Both the position numbers and the translations under genes were made by a program. The notes under the pieces are model-generated. The model was not told where the DNA came from. It did not search any database and worked only from the letters and a program-made list of their open reading frames with translations. Source: an uncultured Bacteroidales bacterium (GTDB lineage Bacteria > Bacteroidota > Bacteroidia > Bacteroidales > WCHB1-69). From it: 32,000 nt of DNA. Below, piece by piece: positions 14,283 through 23,858 of the stretch (within the stretch, counting starts at the first letter, position 1; the number at the start of each line of letters is the position of its first letter). The stretch lies in contig CALGTS010000016.1 in assembly GCA_937901925.1 (NCBI GenBank), positions 1 to 32,000 on the forward strand, given 5' to 3'.

Positions 14283-14759
14283 ATGAAATTCAATAGTTTA
14301 TTCGGAAAACTCTTGATGTTCACGATTGTCATTCTACTTTTTTCAACAAATATAAAAGCGCAAGAGTGGCATTATGAGATTTCCTGCGCTGGCATAGGAG
14401 TGAAAGGCAACTTTCTGGTGGAAGTAACCAGCTATGACAAAACTGTTGACGCAGCTCTTGCACAGATGAGAAAAGATGCGGTACACGGTGTTCTTTTTAA
14501 AGGCATGGACGGCAAGTGCATGCAGAAACCTTTGGTGAGTAAGGCAGAGTTGGAGTCCGAATACGAATCTTTTTTTTCCAAATTCTTCAGTTCATCAGGA
14601 GACTATGGCAAATATTTGGAAGATGATACGAATACGAGTATGTCTGTGGTGAAGGTGGGGAAAAAGCAATACAAAGTAACCAAAGTACTTTCCGTAAAAA
14701 AGGATATGTTGCGTAAAGATTTGGAAAAGGCCGGCATACTTAAACCTTTAGGATATTAG
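14283..14759 (+). CDS. Exported hypothetical protein (paralog of the next gene)
   Basis: Signal peptide 'LLMFTIVILLFSTNIKAQ'. It shares 'C.G.G..G', 'K.AV..V.FKG', 'PL' and 'FF...GDY..Y' with 14792..15280. Confidence 0.8.
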   Translation: MKFNSLFGKLLMFTIVILLFSTNIKAQEWHYEISCAGIGVKGNFLVEVTSYDKTVDAALAQMRKDAVHGVLFKGMDGKCMQKPLVSKAELESEYESFFSKFFSSSGDYGKYLEDDTNTSMSVVKVGKKQYKVTKVLSVKKDMLRKDLEKAGILKPLGY

Positions 14760-14791
14760 ACTTTTGTCATATTCTAAAATATTAGACAACA

Positions 14792-15280
14792 ATGGCTAAA
14801 ATGAATTGTAATATGAGAAAATTTTTAGGGACACTCGCTTTCTTGTGTGGATTGCTGGTGTCGTTCGGACAAATAGGAGAATATGGACTCCCAACTATTG
14901 AGTGTATGGGAGTGGAAGGCGATGGATCGCAAACCTTAAGAGTATGGGGAATTGGGCGCAACAAAACCGATGCCCTTGAGCAAGCCCAAAAGAATGCCGT
15001 CAAGGAAGTAATTTTCAAAGGAATTCGCACCGGCAGCAAAGAGTGTGAAATGCGCCCTCTTATTTACGAAGTGAACGCAGAAGAAAAATACCAGTATTAT
15101 TTCAATATTTTCTTCAAAGACGACGGAGATTACAAACAGTATGTTACGATGGAAGATCGTCGTCCGCTAACAAACAAAAAAGAAAACACCAAGACACAAG
15201 TCAAGTATGGTGTGACAGTGCGTGTGCTTCGCGCCGAGTTGCTGCAGCGACTGATTAACGACAAAATTATCAAACCCTAA
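14792..15280 (+). CDS. Exported hypothetical protein (paralog of the previous gene)
   Basis: Signal peptide 'LGTLAFLCGLLVSFGQ'. An alternative start at 14813 (MRKFLG) is plausible. Confidence 0.8.
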   Translation: MAKMNCNMRKFLGTLAFLCGLLVSFGQIGEYGLPTIECMGVEGDGSQTLRVWGIGRNKTDALEQAQKNAVKEVIFKGIRTGSKECEMRPLIYEVNAEEKYQYYFNIFFKDDGDYKQYVTMEDRRPLTNKKENTKTQVKYGVTVRVLRAELLQRLINDKIIKP

Positions 15281-15284
15281 TGAT

Positions 15285-16013
15285 ATGAAAAGATTTTTTT
15301 TGCTTTTTGTTTGCTGCTTTTTGTTTGCTGCATCCCTGAACGCTCAGGATGTAATTTATCTGAATAATGGTAATGTAGTGAGGGGGAAAGTGGTAAAAAA
15401 CACCGATGAGGTATCTGTTGTGTTGGGTAATGGGGAAACTTGGACTTATCGTAAAGCAGAAGTCAGGGAAGTACAGATTGGCAGTGCAGAGGTGAAGACT
15501 CCCGAAGAACCCAAAGGTGCAAAATTCGTTAACTATTCCGACTTAGACAAAGGCTGGTGGTGCGCCGCGGAAGCAGTTGCCGGTGTATCGTGGTATAAAA
15601 GCCGTAGAATGGGGATTTGCGCATTGACGTTCATCAACGGATATCGTTTCTCAGAATTTTTGAAAATAGGTGTCGGTATTGGAGCAAGATGTAACCTGAA
15701 TAACGACCACAATTATTTGCTATTCCGAAAAGAGCATAAAATCCAGGCTCCAATGAGCGTACCCCTCTTCATCAATGCAAGGGGAAATATTATTAGCCAG
15801 AAGCCACGTATGTGCGTGCCTTTCTGGAACGCTGACATAGGATACGCCATATTTGACAATTTCTTCTTTGACGCTGGCATCGGATTCAAGGTCGGCACCA
15901 AAAGAAACAACTTTGTGATGAGTGCCAATTACATGGGACAAGTAGTCCATTATGATCCTGGTAATACTTGTTTCGGCAACAGTATCTTGTTTAAAATAGG
16001 TTACGAATTTTAA
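15285..16013 (+). CDS. Putative outer-membrane beta-barrel protein
   Basis: Signal peptide 'FLLFVCCFLFAASLNAQ'. A small N-terminal beta domain ('VIYLNNGNVVRGKVV') is present. The C-terminal half shows alternating aromatic/Gly-rich patterning and ends in '...KIGYEF' (terminal Phe). Confidence 0.65.
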   Translation: MKRFFLLFVCCFLFAASLNAQDVIYLNNGNVVRGKVVKNTDEVSVVLGNGETWTYRKAEVREVQIGSAEVKTPEEPKGAKFVNYSDLDKGWWCAAEAVAGVSWYKSRRMGICALTFINGYRFSEFLKIGVGIGARCNLNNDHNYLLFRKEHKIQAPMSVPLFINARGNIISQKPRMCVPFWNADIGYAIFDNFFFDAGIGFKVGTKRNNFVMSANYMGQVVHYDPGNTCFGNSILFKIGYEF

Positions 16014-16024
16014 TTTACCCTGAT

Positions 16025-16969
16025 ATGAGACAACCCATATTGACTATCGTTTTTCTTTGTCTTGCTTTAAGTTTGACGGCTCAAGAGAAGAAGCCCACCA
16101 TCATGGTGATTCCCAGCGACGTGTGGTGCAACAGAAATGGTTATATGACCACATTCGACAACCAAGGCACTCTGCAGAAAGTGCCAGACTACAAAACCGC
16201 ATTTCAGAATGATGCGGACCTTTTATTGGTCATAGGCACTATTAACACGTTGATGGCCGACAGAGGATTTCCACTGAAGAATCTTGAGTCGGTACTGAAA
16301 TCCATTGAGCAGCGTATGGCGGAAGACAACATGACCATCAGCAAGACCTCGGGTGCGGAGTTGGCTGAATCGCCACTCGACCGCTTGCGTCGCACGGCAA
16401 AAGCGGATATCATCATGCAGATTACATGGACAGTGAACACTACTGGACCGAAAAGGTCTATCACATACAATCTGCAAGGCATTGATTCTTATACCGACAA
16501 GCAGATTGCTGGAGCACAAGGAACGGGAAATCCATCATTTAGCGCAGAAACTCCTGTGTTATTGGAAGAGGCAGTTTTGACACATATGGACAACTTCTGT
16601 TTCCAACTGCAAAGTTTTTTTGACGATCTGGTGGACAAAGGACGCGAAGTCTCTGTAGATATCAGAGTATTCGATACGGGCGAGATGGACTTGGAAACAG
16701 AGTTTAACGGCGTTGAATTGACGGAAATCATTGATGAATGGATGGATGCCAACACCGTAAACCATATCTTTAACAAGTCCGACGCCAGCGAGAATTATAT
16801 CCAATATGAACAAGTGAGAATACCTTTGTACAAGGCCAATGGTGCTACCATGGATGCGGAAAGTTTTGTGCGCAATCTGCGCACTTACCTGCGTCAAGAG
16901 TACCAGATTCAGTCAAAGGTGATGACTCGCGGTCTGGGTAGAGCTATTTTAGTCATTGGTGAAAAATAA
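16025..16969 (+). CDS. Exported hypothetical protein
   Basis: Signal peptide 'ILTIVFLCLALSLTAQ'. 'KKPTIMVIPSDVWCNRNGY' resembles a Bacteroidetes-specific DUF I recall only vaguely. Confidence 0.75.
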   Translation: MRQPILTIVFLCLALSLTAQEKKPTIMVIPSDVWCNRNGYMTTFDNQGTLQKVPDYKTAFQNDADLLLVIGTINTLMADRGFPLKNLESVLKSIEQRMAEDNMTISKTSGAELAESPLDRLRRTAKADIIMQITWTVNTTGPKRSITYNLQGIDSYTDKQIAGAQGTGNPSFSAETPVLLEEAVLTHMDNFCFQLQSFFDDLVDKGREVSVDIRVFDTGEMDLETEFNGVELTEIIDEWMDANTVNHIFNKSDASENYIQYEQVRIPLYKANGATMDAESFVRNLRTYLRQEYQIQSKVMTRGLGRAILVIGEK

Positions 16970-16986
16970 TTAAAAATCCATCAGTT

Positions 16987-17946
16987 ATGAAAAAAATCAC
17001 ATTATATTCCATGTTAGCTCTCCTATTTTTCCTAATTGTCAACAAGACAAACGCACAAAATGATTTCAAAGAAGAGGTGTCGCGAATTGCCTTGTCCGTT
17101 GTGCTGCCAGAACAAACTGAGCCGCTGCCAATAGGGGCTGAAACTTATCTGGTCAACAAACTGAAACAAGCGGCTGCCCAAAACGGACTGGCAGCGGAAG
17201 AAGGTTATTCCCGTTTTTTCATTACAGCAGTGATTACCCCAACGAGCAGAGATATTGTGGCAGGACCTCCACAGCAAATTGCACAGAATTTTGACATCAC
17301 CCTATACATCGCTGATGGCTTCGACCAGCAACTTTTTGCCACCACTACGGTAAACGCCAGAGGGGTCGGTACCAATGAGACTAAATCCTATATCGATGCG
17401 ATGAAACACATTAACACCAACTCCAAACAATTCAAGGAATTTGCGGAGACTGGCAAGGCCAAAATTATTGCCTATTATGAGACACAGTGCGACAATATCA
17501 TCAAGAAATCACAGTCGTTGGCCAAGCAGAAGAACTATGAGGCGGCCTTGTATGAGCTTACCGCCATCCCTGATGTGTGCAAGTGTTACGGTCGTGCTTT
17601 GGAAGCCACCGCTGAGATTTTTCAGCAGTATATTGACTATCTGTGCGATGTGAATTTGGCGAAGGCGCGTATGGTATGGGCAGCCGAACAGAATGCGGAA
17701 GGGGCAAAGAAAGCCGGTGAGTATTTGGCCTATATCTATCCCGATGCCAAATGCTATAAGGAAGGTATGGACTTATACCGCGAAATCAAAGGCAAGGTGC
17801 TTGATGACTGGAAGTTTGTGATGAGGATTTACGAGGACGGTGTGAACTTGGAGAAAGAACGCATCAGAGCCTGGCGCGATGTCGGTGTGGCCTACGGCAA
17901 CCACCAGCAACCCATCAGCAACTATGTGAACTGGCTGTTACGATAG
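16987..17946 (+). CDS. Exported hypothetical protein with a helical (TPR-like?) C-terminal half
   Basis: Signal peptide 'MLALLFFLIVNKTNAQ'. The C-terminal 'KNYEAALYELTAIPDVCKCYGRALEA...' looks helical-repeat-like. Confidence 0.75.
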   Translation: MKKITLYSMLALLFFLIVNKTNAQNDFKEEVSRIALSVVLPEQTEPLPIGAETYLVNKLKQAAAQNGLAAEEGYSRFFITAVITPTSRDIVAGPPQQIAQNFDITLYIADGFDQQLFATTTVNARGVGTNETKSYIDAMKHINTNSKQFKEFAETGKAKIIAYYETQCDNIIKKSQSLAKQKNYEAALYELTAIPDVCKCYGRALEATAEIFQQYIDYLCDVNLAKARMVWAAEQNAEGAKKAGEYLAYIYPDAKCYKEGMDLYREIKGKVLDDWKFVMRIYEDGVNLEKERIRAWRDVGVAYGNHQQPISNYVNWLLR

Positions 17947-17994
17947 TAAGAAAACAACTTTTCAACTTATATTATTAACCTTAAAAATATCATT

Positions 17995-18870
17995 ATGAAA
18001 AAACTTTTATCACTGGCAATTGTATTGCTTTTCTGTTATGGATTGAATGCCCAAGTTTTTGAAGGCACCTACAAAGGAAAATACTCCTTCAAGTATGAAA
18101 CTGATCAGGACAGGATGGTTGAACAATTTAAAGCCAATGTGGATAAAAATCCTGAAATTCCGGCCGCTTCCAAAGCAATGGCAAAGATGATGGCTAAAGC
18201 ACTGGTAAAGAATTATGTCACCCGTCAAGAAACAGAACAACACATCACCTCTTTCCCTGATGGAAAGTTTACCCAATATCTGTGGATTGATGGTAAAAAC
18301 AATCGTTGGGTTTCTTTCTGTCCTGAATTAGGAAGAGTCATTGTCCGTTTCCCGGGAGAAGGCAAGGATTATATCTTGTATCCGAAATTGGGCATTGGAT
18401 GTAAAGTGGAGTATGCTGCCAATGAAAGTATCAAGGAAATGTTTACGGTTAATCATTTTGTGGATCCCACAAAAGATGCGAAGAAAATCAATGGCATTAC
18501 TTGTATTCCTGCCTATAATTTATTCAAATATGAAGATGTCGGAGGTGAAATGGTTGATACTGTTACGTATAAAGGAGTGCTTTGTGTCAAATTCCCAGTA
18601 GAAGGTTATGCCCATGCCGATTATCAGTCGTTCTGTATCCAACGTAATTTGTCCAATGAGTTCTTGACCTCTACGGAAAACATTCTGAAAATGACTGAGG
18701 TCCAAATAGATGGTAAGAACTTTATTATTCCTGAAAATATAAATATCATCGATACCAAGAAATTTGTGAAACAGGTGAAGAAGATTGTGGATGGTGGTGA
18801 AGTCAATGAGAAAATGGCAATTTCTTATGATGAAGATGTTCCTGCCGTGGTTTGGGATATCGTGAAATAA
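17995..18870 (+). CDS. Exported hypothetical protein
   Basis: Signal peptide 'LLSLAIVLLFCYGLNAQ'. No family recognised. Confidence 0.75.
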   Translation: MKKLLSLAIVLLFCYGLNAQVFEGTYKGKYSFKYETDQDRMVEQFKANVDKNPEIPAASKAMAKMMAKALVKNYVTRQETEQHITSFPDGKFTQYLWIDGKNNRWVSFCPELGRVIVRFPGEGKDYILYPKLGIGCKVEYAANESIKEMFTVNHFVDPTKDAKKINGITCIPAYNLFKYEDVGGEMVDTVTYKGVLCVKFPVEGYAHADYQSFCIQRNLSNEFLTSTENILKMTEVQIDGKNFIIPENINIIDTKKFVKQVKKIVDGGEVNEKMAISYDEDVPAVVWDIVK

Positions 18871-18879
18871 TATTGTGAG

Positions 18880-19887
18880 ATGAGAAAAATATTATCTTTT
18901 TCAGTGTTATTATTGCTTGTGGGGACTGTCGTTGGACAGTCCCTTACAGCAAAAAAAGAGGGAAAGCAATGGGGTTTTGTCAATGAACGGGACTCTTTTG
19001 TGGTGGCACCTCAGTATGATGCCGTAGGCGATTTTATTGGTGCATACGCATGGGTGAATCGTGGCGGTAAGGTGAAGAAAAATAATCTGCCTGTTGGCGG
19101 AAAATGGGGCCTGATCAATGAAAAGGGAGAGCTTGTATGTCCGTTAGAGTACGATTTTGTGGCTATGCCTTCTGAAGAACTGGTGGCTGTGAATGTGGGA
19201 GGTGTGATGTCAGACAATAATATGCAGGGAGGCAAGTGGGGGTACGTGGATGTTCGTACTGGAAAACTTGTTGTTTCTGCTGAATATGACAAAGTTGGCA
19301 ATTTCTATAATGGAGCTGCCTGGGTGGTCAAAAACAAACAATATGGGTTGATTAACAATAAGGGAGAACTGACCATTGACTGTCAATATGAAAGTGTGTC
19401 TGATTGCTATAACAATAAGGTGGTATGGCTTGAAAAAAACGGCAAATATGCCTTGTCTGATCAGAAAGGGCATCTGCTGACTGATTTTGTGTATATTGAT
19501 TATAGCGGATTTGTAGAGAATGTGGCATGGGTAAAAAATGACGAGTCTTTGTTTGGACTGATTAATGGCAAAGGGGAGATATTGTTACAACCCCGCTATA
19601 TCAAAGTGATGCCTTTCTATAATAATGTGGCTGCCGTTTTTTCCAAAGCAGGTGCAATCGGTTTGGTGAACACCCAGGGTAAAGAAATTGCCAGAACAGT
19701 GTATACCAGATCTTCTCGGCGTTTCGGTGTGACACAGTTTAAAACCTCCACAAAAATATTCAGCTATCTTACTCATTCCCAACTGGGTAACAGCTGGATA
19801 GACCAAGATGGAAAAGTTATTGCCCGTGGCGTGAAAATTGTATATAAAATCACAGATGTCATTCCTGACGCCTTGTGGGATTTCTAA
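18880..19887 (+). CDS. Exported WG-repeat (KWG-type) protein
   Basis: Signal peptide, then repeated 'GKWGLINEKGELVCPLEYD', 'GKWGYVDVRTGKLVVSAEYD', 'YGLINNKGELTIDCQYE' and 'FGLINGKGEILLQPRY' units. Confidence 0.8.
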   Translation: MRKILSFSVLLLLVGTVVGQSLTAKKEGKQWGFVNERDSFVVAPQYDAVGDFIGAYAWVNRGGKVKKNNLPVGGKWGLINEKGELVCPLEYDFVAMPSEELVAVNVGGVMSDNNMQGGKWGYVDVRTGKLVVSAEYDKVGNFYNGAAWVVKNKQYGLINNKGELTIDCQYESVSDCYNNKVVWLEKNGKYALSDQKGHLLTDFVYIDYSGFVENVAWVKNDESLFGLINGKGEILLQPRYIKVMPFYNNVAAVFSKAGAIGLVNTQGKEIARTVYTRSSRRFGVTQFKTSTKIFSYLTHSQLGNSWIDQDGKVIARGVKIVYKITDVIPDALWDF

Positions 19888-19900
19888 ACAACAACTGCGT

Positions 19901-21151
19901 ATGAAAAAGAAAAGATATATTATATTGAGTTTGGCAATACTGATGTTCGTTTCGACCGTTTCAGGACAAGATAATCAGCATAAGCCATATAACAGAAGCT
20001 CTATCTATCCTTTATATGTCACACATCCTGGAACCAAGATGTTTGACGAAATATTTACCGCCTTGTGGGAGCTGCCAGTGCCGGACAAATTCAACGACCA
20101 TTGCCTGAGTTTGCGTATAGTGAATGCCGCTGACAGCAAGGATGCGGGAAAATTCGAAGAGGATATGGCCAAGTTTTTCGCCGAGAACCAGGTGGCTAAG
20201 CGTATGGTATCCAAATGGTTTAACCGTGACAAGGAGACAGGGGCTTTTGAAATCAATTTGGTGGCTGACAGGGGTTATTACAATGCTTCCCAAGCTGATT
20301 TGAACCTTGCATTGAAAACCGTCCGCGGACAAGCTATGTTGGCAGATGCCGGCGAACAACTGATACCCAATACTTTTATTGTGGTGAGTGATGTGACTTA
20401 CGTGGATAAGCAGGAAAGGGCTGAGAATGCCGCCGCGTTTTTTCAGGTTTTGGGTGCTGTGGCAGGCGCGGCTTCTGGAATTGGAGGTGGCGTTGGGAGT
20501 GGGGCAGATTTGGCAAAAAGTATTTCTGATCTGGGTGGAAGCATAAGTGATATGGTGGCTGGCTTTACAGTGAAAATAGAAAGCCACCTATTCCAGTTGG
20601 TATGGGATGATGCTACCGCCAGCACATTCTACAGTCAATATTATTACGATGCGCAAAATATTGATGAGGATAAGAAATCAGCTTACGAGGCTGATGAAAA
20701 AACTTTCAAACTGAAATATATTGGCTCGTACAAGGCTACCAGCGACAAAACTGTGATGCGTGGTGTGAAAAATGATGAAGAGGTTTTTCGTAAAGTATTG
20801 GCGCGTGCCATCGACAAAAACATCGTGGCTCTGCAAAAGGAATTTGATGTTTTCAAGGTGGTGGTTCCTGTGTACCAAGTGCAGAATAGTGATGTTCTTG
20901 TTCAGATTGGTTTGAAAGAGGGAGTGAGTGCCAATTCAAAATACGAAGTGTTAGAGCGTGTGGAAGATGCTGAGGGTAATATAAGTTATCAGCGAAAAGG
21001 TGTCATTAAACCAGTGGTCAACAAAATTTGGGATAACCGCTATATGGCTGTGGAGGAAGAGGCGGAGAACGCTTTGCTGAAATATACCACCTTCGAAGTT
21101 GTGTCGGGTAAAGGTTTTTATCCTGGTATGCTCGTGCGCGAAATCAGATAG
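19901..21151 (+). CDS. Exported hypothetical protein with an internal Gly-rich segment
   Basis: The ATG at 19901 gives the signal peptide 'YIILSLAILMFVSTVSGQ'; the ORF-track start at 19838 overlaps the previous gene. The Gly-rich segment is 'GAVAGAASGIGGGVGSGADL...LGGSISDMVAGF'. Confidence 0.75.
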   Translation: MKKKRYIILSLAILMFVSTVSGQDNQHKPYNRSSIYPLYVTHPGTKMFDEIFTALWELPVPDKFNDHCLSLRIVNAADSKDAGKFEEDMAKFFAENQVAKRMVSKWFNRDKETGAFEINLVADRGYYNASQADLNLALKTVRGQAMLADAGEQLIPNTFIVVSDVTYVDKQERAENAAAFFQVLGAVAGAASGIGGGVGSGADLAKSISDLGGSISDMVAGFTVKIESHLFQLVWDDATASTFYSQYYYDAQNIDEDKKSAYEADEKTFKLKYIGSYKATSDKTVMRGVKNDEEVFRKVLARAIDKNIVALQKEFDVFKVVVPVYQVQNSDVLVQIGLKEGVSANSKYEVLERVEDAEGNISYQRKGVIKPVVNKIWDNRYMAVEEEAENALLKYTTFEVVSGKGFYPGMLVREIR

Positions 21152-21215
21152 CAACGGTATCACTTGGCGACAAATAATGGACGCAACTTATCGTGTCTGC
21201 ATATCCCAAAAACCA

Positions 21216-21247
21216 GGCGTTGACCATCGCGGTCAGCGCCTTTTTTA
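21216..21247 (+). terminator. Intrinsic terminator closing the 8-gene operon
   Basis: GGCGTTGACC-atcgc-GGTCAGCGCC followed by T6. Confidence 0.7.
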
Positions 21248-21326
21248 TTACAAAATCAGCATAAGGTAAAAATCAATGATTGTAAAGAACAATCCCAAAT
21301 ATCATTTTCCACATCTTTATTTTGTA

Positions 21327-21334
21327 TATTTTTG
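21327..21334 (+). promoter_or_regulatory. -7 promoter box (TAttTTTG) for the GH97 gene
   Basis: Exact TAnnTTTG match 37 nt upstream of the ATG at 21371. Confidence 0.4.
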
Positions 21335-21370
21335 CCACATTAAATCTAAAAGACCATAAACTTCAGATTG

Positions 21371-23374
21371 ATGAAATTGATCTATTTTTTTATCCTATTT
21401 TTCCTTTTTCCTTTTTCAGTTTTTAGCCAATCTTATTATGATTCGCTTGCACTAAACGATTCTAAGATGCGATTCTATCTGAATATCAATCCTACTGGAA
21501 AAATTGAGTATCACATTATTCACGAACAAGATACAATAATTTATCCCTCTAAATTAGGAATGGTAATAGATGGCGAACAATGGATTGATGGATTTGAAAT
21601 GATAACGTCTAAAAATTCTATTACGGATAGCATTCGCCATCTTCCTTGGGGCGCGAACAAGCAAATTTGCGAGAAACACATTGAGAAAAATTACCACCTT
21701 ATTCATCACCCGAGCAAACGACATATAACCCTTTCCGTTCGGGCGTATGCCGAAACTATTGCCTTTCGATACATCATTACGGACACCTTTTCTCTAACAC
21801 TCAACCATGAATTGACAGAAACTCGAATTGCAGGAACGCCCACTGTTTGGTGGTGCTGGGCAGACTTCAACACCTACGAAAAAGAGTACTACCAAACCTC
21901 GTTAGATAGTGCTGCGTGGACAGCACTGCCTCTGGTAATGCGCTATCCTAACGGAAAACACCTTGCCATTCGCGAAGCTGCAACACTCAACTATCCTGAC
22001 GCTACCTTAAAAAACGAAGGAAACGGAAACTTCCATTGGTATCTTACTCCTTATAAAAATGGTGAAAAAGCGCACCTTGAAGCTCCTTTTGCCACTCCTT
22101 GGCGCGTGTTCACCATCACTGCAGATGCACCTAAACTATTAAACAACAACGATTTATTATCACTCATTCCCCCTTCTACTGCTCAAGCATACGCTGGTAA
22201 ACCAATGACCTATATTGGCATCTGGTGGAACTACCATTTAGGCACGCAAAGTTGGGAAGAGGGGAAACGCCACGGAGCCACCACTCGACGCACAAAACAG
22301 TACATTCGTTTTGCTGCCAAACATAATATCGGAGGAGTTTTAGTAGAGGGTTGGAACAAAGGTTGGGGAGATTGGGGCAATGCCCATACATTTCTATATA
22401 CGCAACCCACTAACGACTACAATTTGGAAAAAGTGGCGCGATTCGCCCAGAAAAAAGGTGTCCGCTTAATTATGCACCACGAAACTGGTGGTGATATTAT
22501 CGGCTACGAAGCCGCAATGGAAGAAGCCTTTCGTCAATGTCAAGCACTCGGAATTCACGATGTAAAAACGGGACATGCGGGCGCTATTTCTACGGGAGAG
22601 AATCACCATGGCCAACAGGTTGTTTCTCATTTTCAACGCGTTATAGAAACCGCTGCACAATATCAAATTGCGTTAGATATGCATGAACCGGTAAACGGAT
22701 CTGGACTCGAAATTGCCTATCCTAACTTTATGACGCGAGAAGGCGTTAGAGGATTGGAGTGGGACGCATGGAGCCACGGCAATTCGCCAACGCACACCAA
22801 CACCCTACCCTATACTCGCGGTCTTTCAGGTCCAATGGACTACACACCTGGAATTTTCGATCTTCTTTTCAAAAATGCAAAAAACAGAGTGGCATGGAAC
22901 TGCTCCGACAGCACCTTGAAAGCCACTCGCATTCACACCTCCCTCGCACACCAATTGGCTCTGATGGTCACACTTTATAGTCCGTGGGTGATGGCTGCTG
23001 ATGATATCCGCAATTACAAATATCACCCTATGTTCAACTTTGTGGAACAACTCAATCCCGATTACGACGAAAGCCATGTTCTACAAGGAGAAATTGGCGA
23101 ATATATTGTAGTGGCGCGCCGAAGCGGAAAAACATGGTATATTGCTGCTACTACCAACGAAAATGCACGTCCTCTTAGCATTCCACTCAATTTCCTTTCT
23201 GATAGAATCCACTATTGCGCAACCCTTTATAAAGACAATCCCGACAAAAATTGGCATACCGATAAAACAAAATATATTATTGAAAAACAGAATGTTACAC
23301 AAAACTCTACTTTTAACATAACCTTACCAGAATGCGGCGGTGTTGCTATTATCATTTCTGAAAAGCAAAAATAG
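21371..23374 (+). CDS. Glycoside hydrolase family 97 (SusB-like alpha-glucosidase/galactosidase)
   Basis: Signal peptide. 'YIGIWWNYHLG...HGATT...YIRFAAKHNIGGVLVEGWNKGW' and 'IMHHETGG' resemble GH97 catalytic-domain motifs. The ~665-aa length fits. Confidence 0.7.
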   Translation: MKLIYFFILFFLFPFSVFSQSYYDSLALNDSKMRFYLNINPTGKIEYHIIHEQDTIIYPSKLGMVIDGEQWIDGFEMITSKNSITDSIRHLPWGANKQICEKHIEKNYHLIHHPSKRHITLSVRAYAETIAFRYIITDTFSLTLNHELTETRIAGTPTVWWCWADFNTYEKEYYQTSLDSAAWTALPLVMRYPNGKHLAIREAATLNYPDATLKNEGNGNFHWYLTPYKNGEKAHLEAPFATPWRVFTITADAPKLLNNNDLLSLIPPSTAQAYAGKPMTYIGIWWNYHLGTQSWEEGKRHGATTRRTKQYIRFAAKHNIGGVLVEGWNKGWGDWGNAHTFLYTQPTNDYNLEKVARFAQKKGVRLIMHHETGGDIIGYEAAMEEAFRQCQALGIHDVKTGHAGAISTGENHHGQQVVSHFQRVIETAAQYQIALDMHEPVNGSGLEIAYPNFMTREGVRGLEWDAWSHGNSPTHTNTLPYTRGLSGPMDYTPGIFDLLFKNAKNRVAWNCSDSTLKATRIHTSLAHQLALMVTLYSPWVMAADDIRNYKYHPMFNFVEQLNPDYDESHVLQGEIGEYIVVARRSGKTWYIAATTNENARPLSIPLNFLSDRIHYCATLYKDNPDKNWHTDKTKYIIEKQNVTQNSTFNITLPECGGVAIIISEKQK

Positions 23375-23396
23375 ATGAGCAGAAAAACAATTAACT

Positions 23397-23858
23397 ATGG
23401 AAAAAACTAACGTAATGCGTATTTTGACGCAAAAAAAAGTAAACTTTACCCCTCACGAATACAATCCAGAACTTACTGATGGCGAAAGCATTGCAAAAGT
23501 ATTGCAAGAGGATCCACTGCAGGTATTCAAAACCCTAGTAACCGTTGCAAACACTGGCGAACACCTTGTTTTTATGATTCCTGTATGTGCCAATTTAGAC
23601 CTTAAAAAAGCGGCTATGGCTGCACAAGTTAAAAACGTGCTGATGATTAAGCAGAAAGAGTTGCTTCCGCTTACAGGATATATACACGGAGGTTGCTCTC
23701 CATTAGGAATGAAAAAAACTTTTAGAACCTTTGTTGAAGAGAGTGCGACACTCTATGATACTATATTTTTCAGTGCAGGGAAAGTGGGATTTCAGGTTGA
23801 GATGAATGCGGAAGATCTACTTCCCTTGGTTCCTGCCCAATATGCCGATTTAGTTTAG
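23397..23858 (+). CDS. ybaK: Cys-tRNA(Pro)/Cys-tRNA(Cys) deacylase YbaK
   Basis: 153 aa. 'TNVMRILTQKKVNFTPHEY' and 'GYIHGGCSPLGMKK' are typical of the YbaK/EbsC family. Confidence 0.75.
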   Translation: MEKTNVMRILTQKKVNFTPHEYNPELTDGESIAKVLQEDPLQVFKTLVTVANTGEHLVFMIPVCANLDLKKAAMAAQVKNVLMIKQKELLPLTGYIHGGCSPLGMKKTFRTFVEESATLYDTIFFSAGKVGFQVEMNAEDLLPLVPAQYADLV

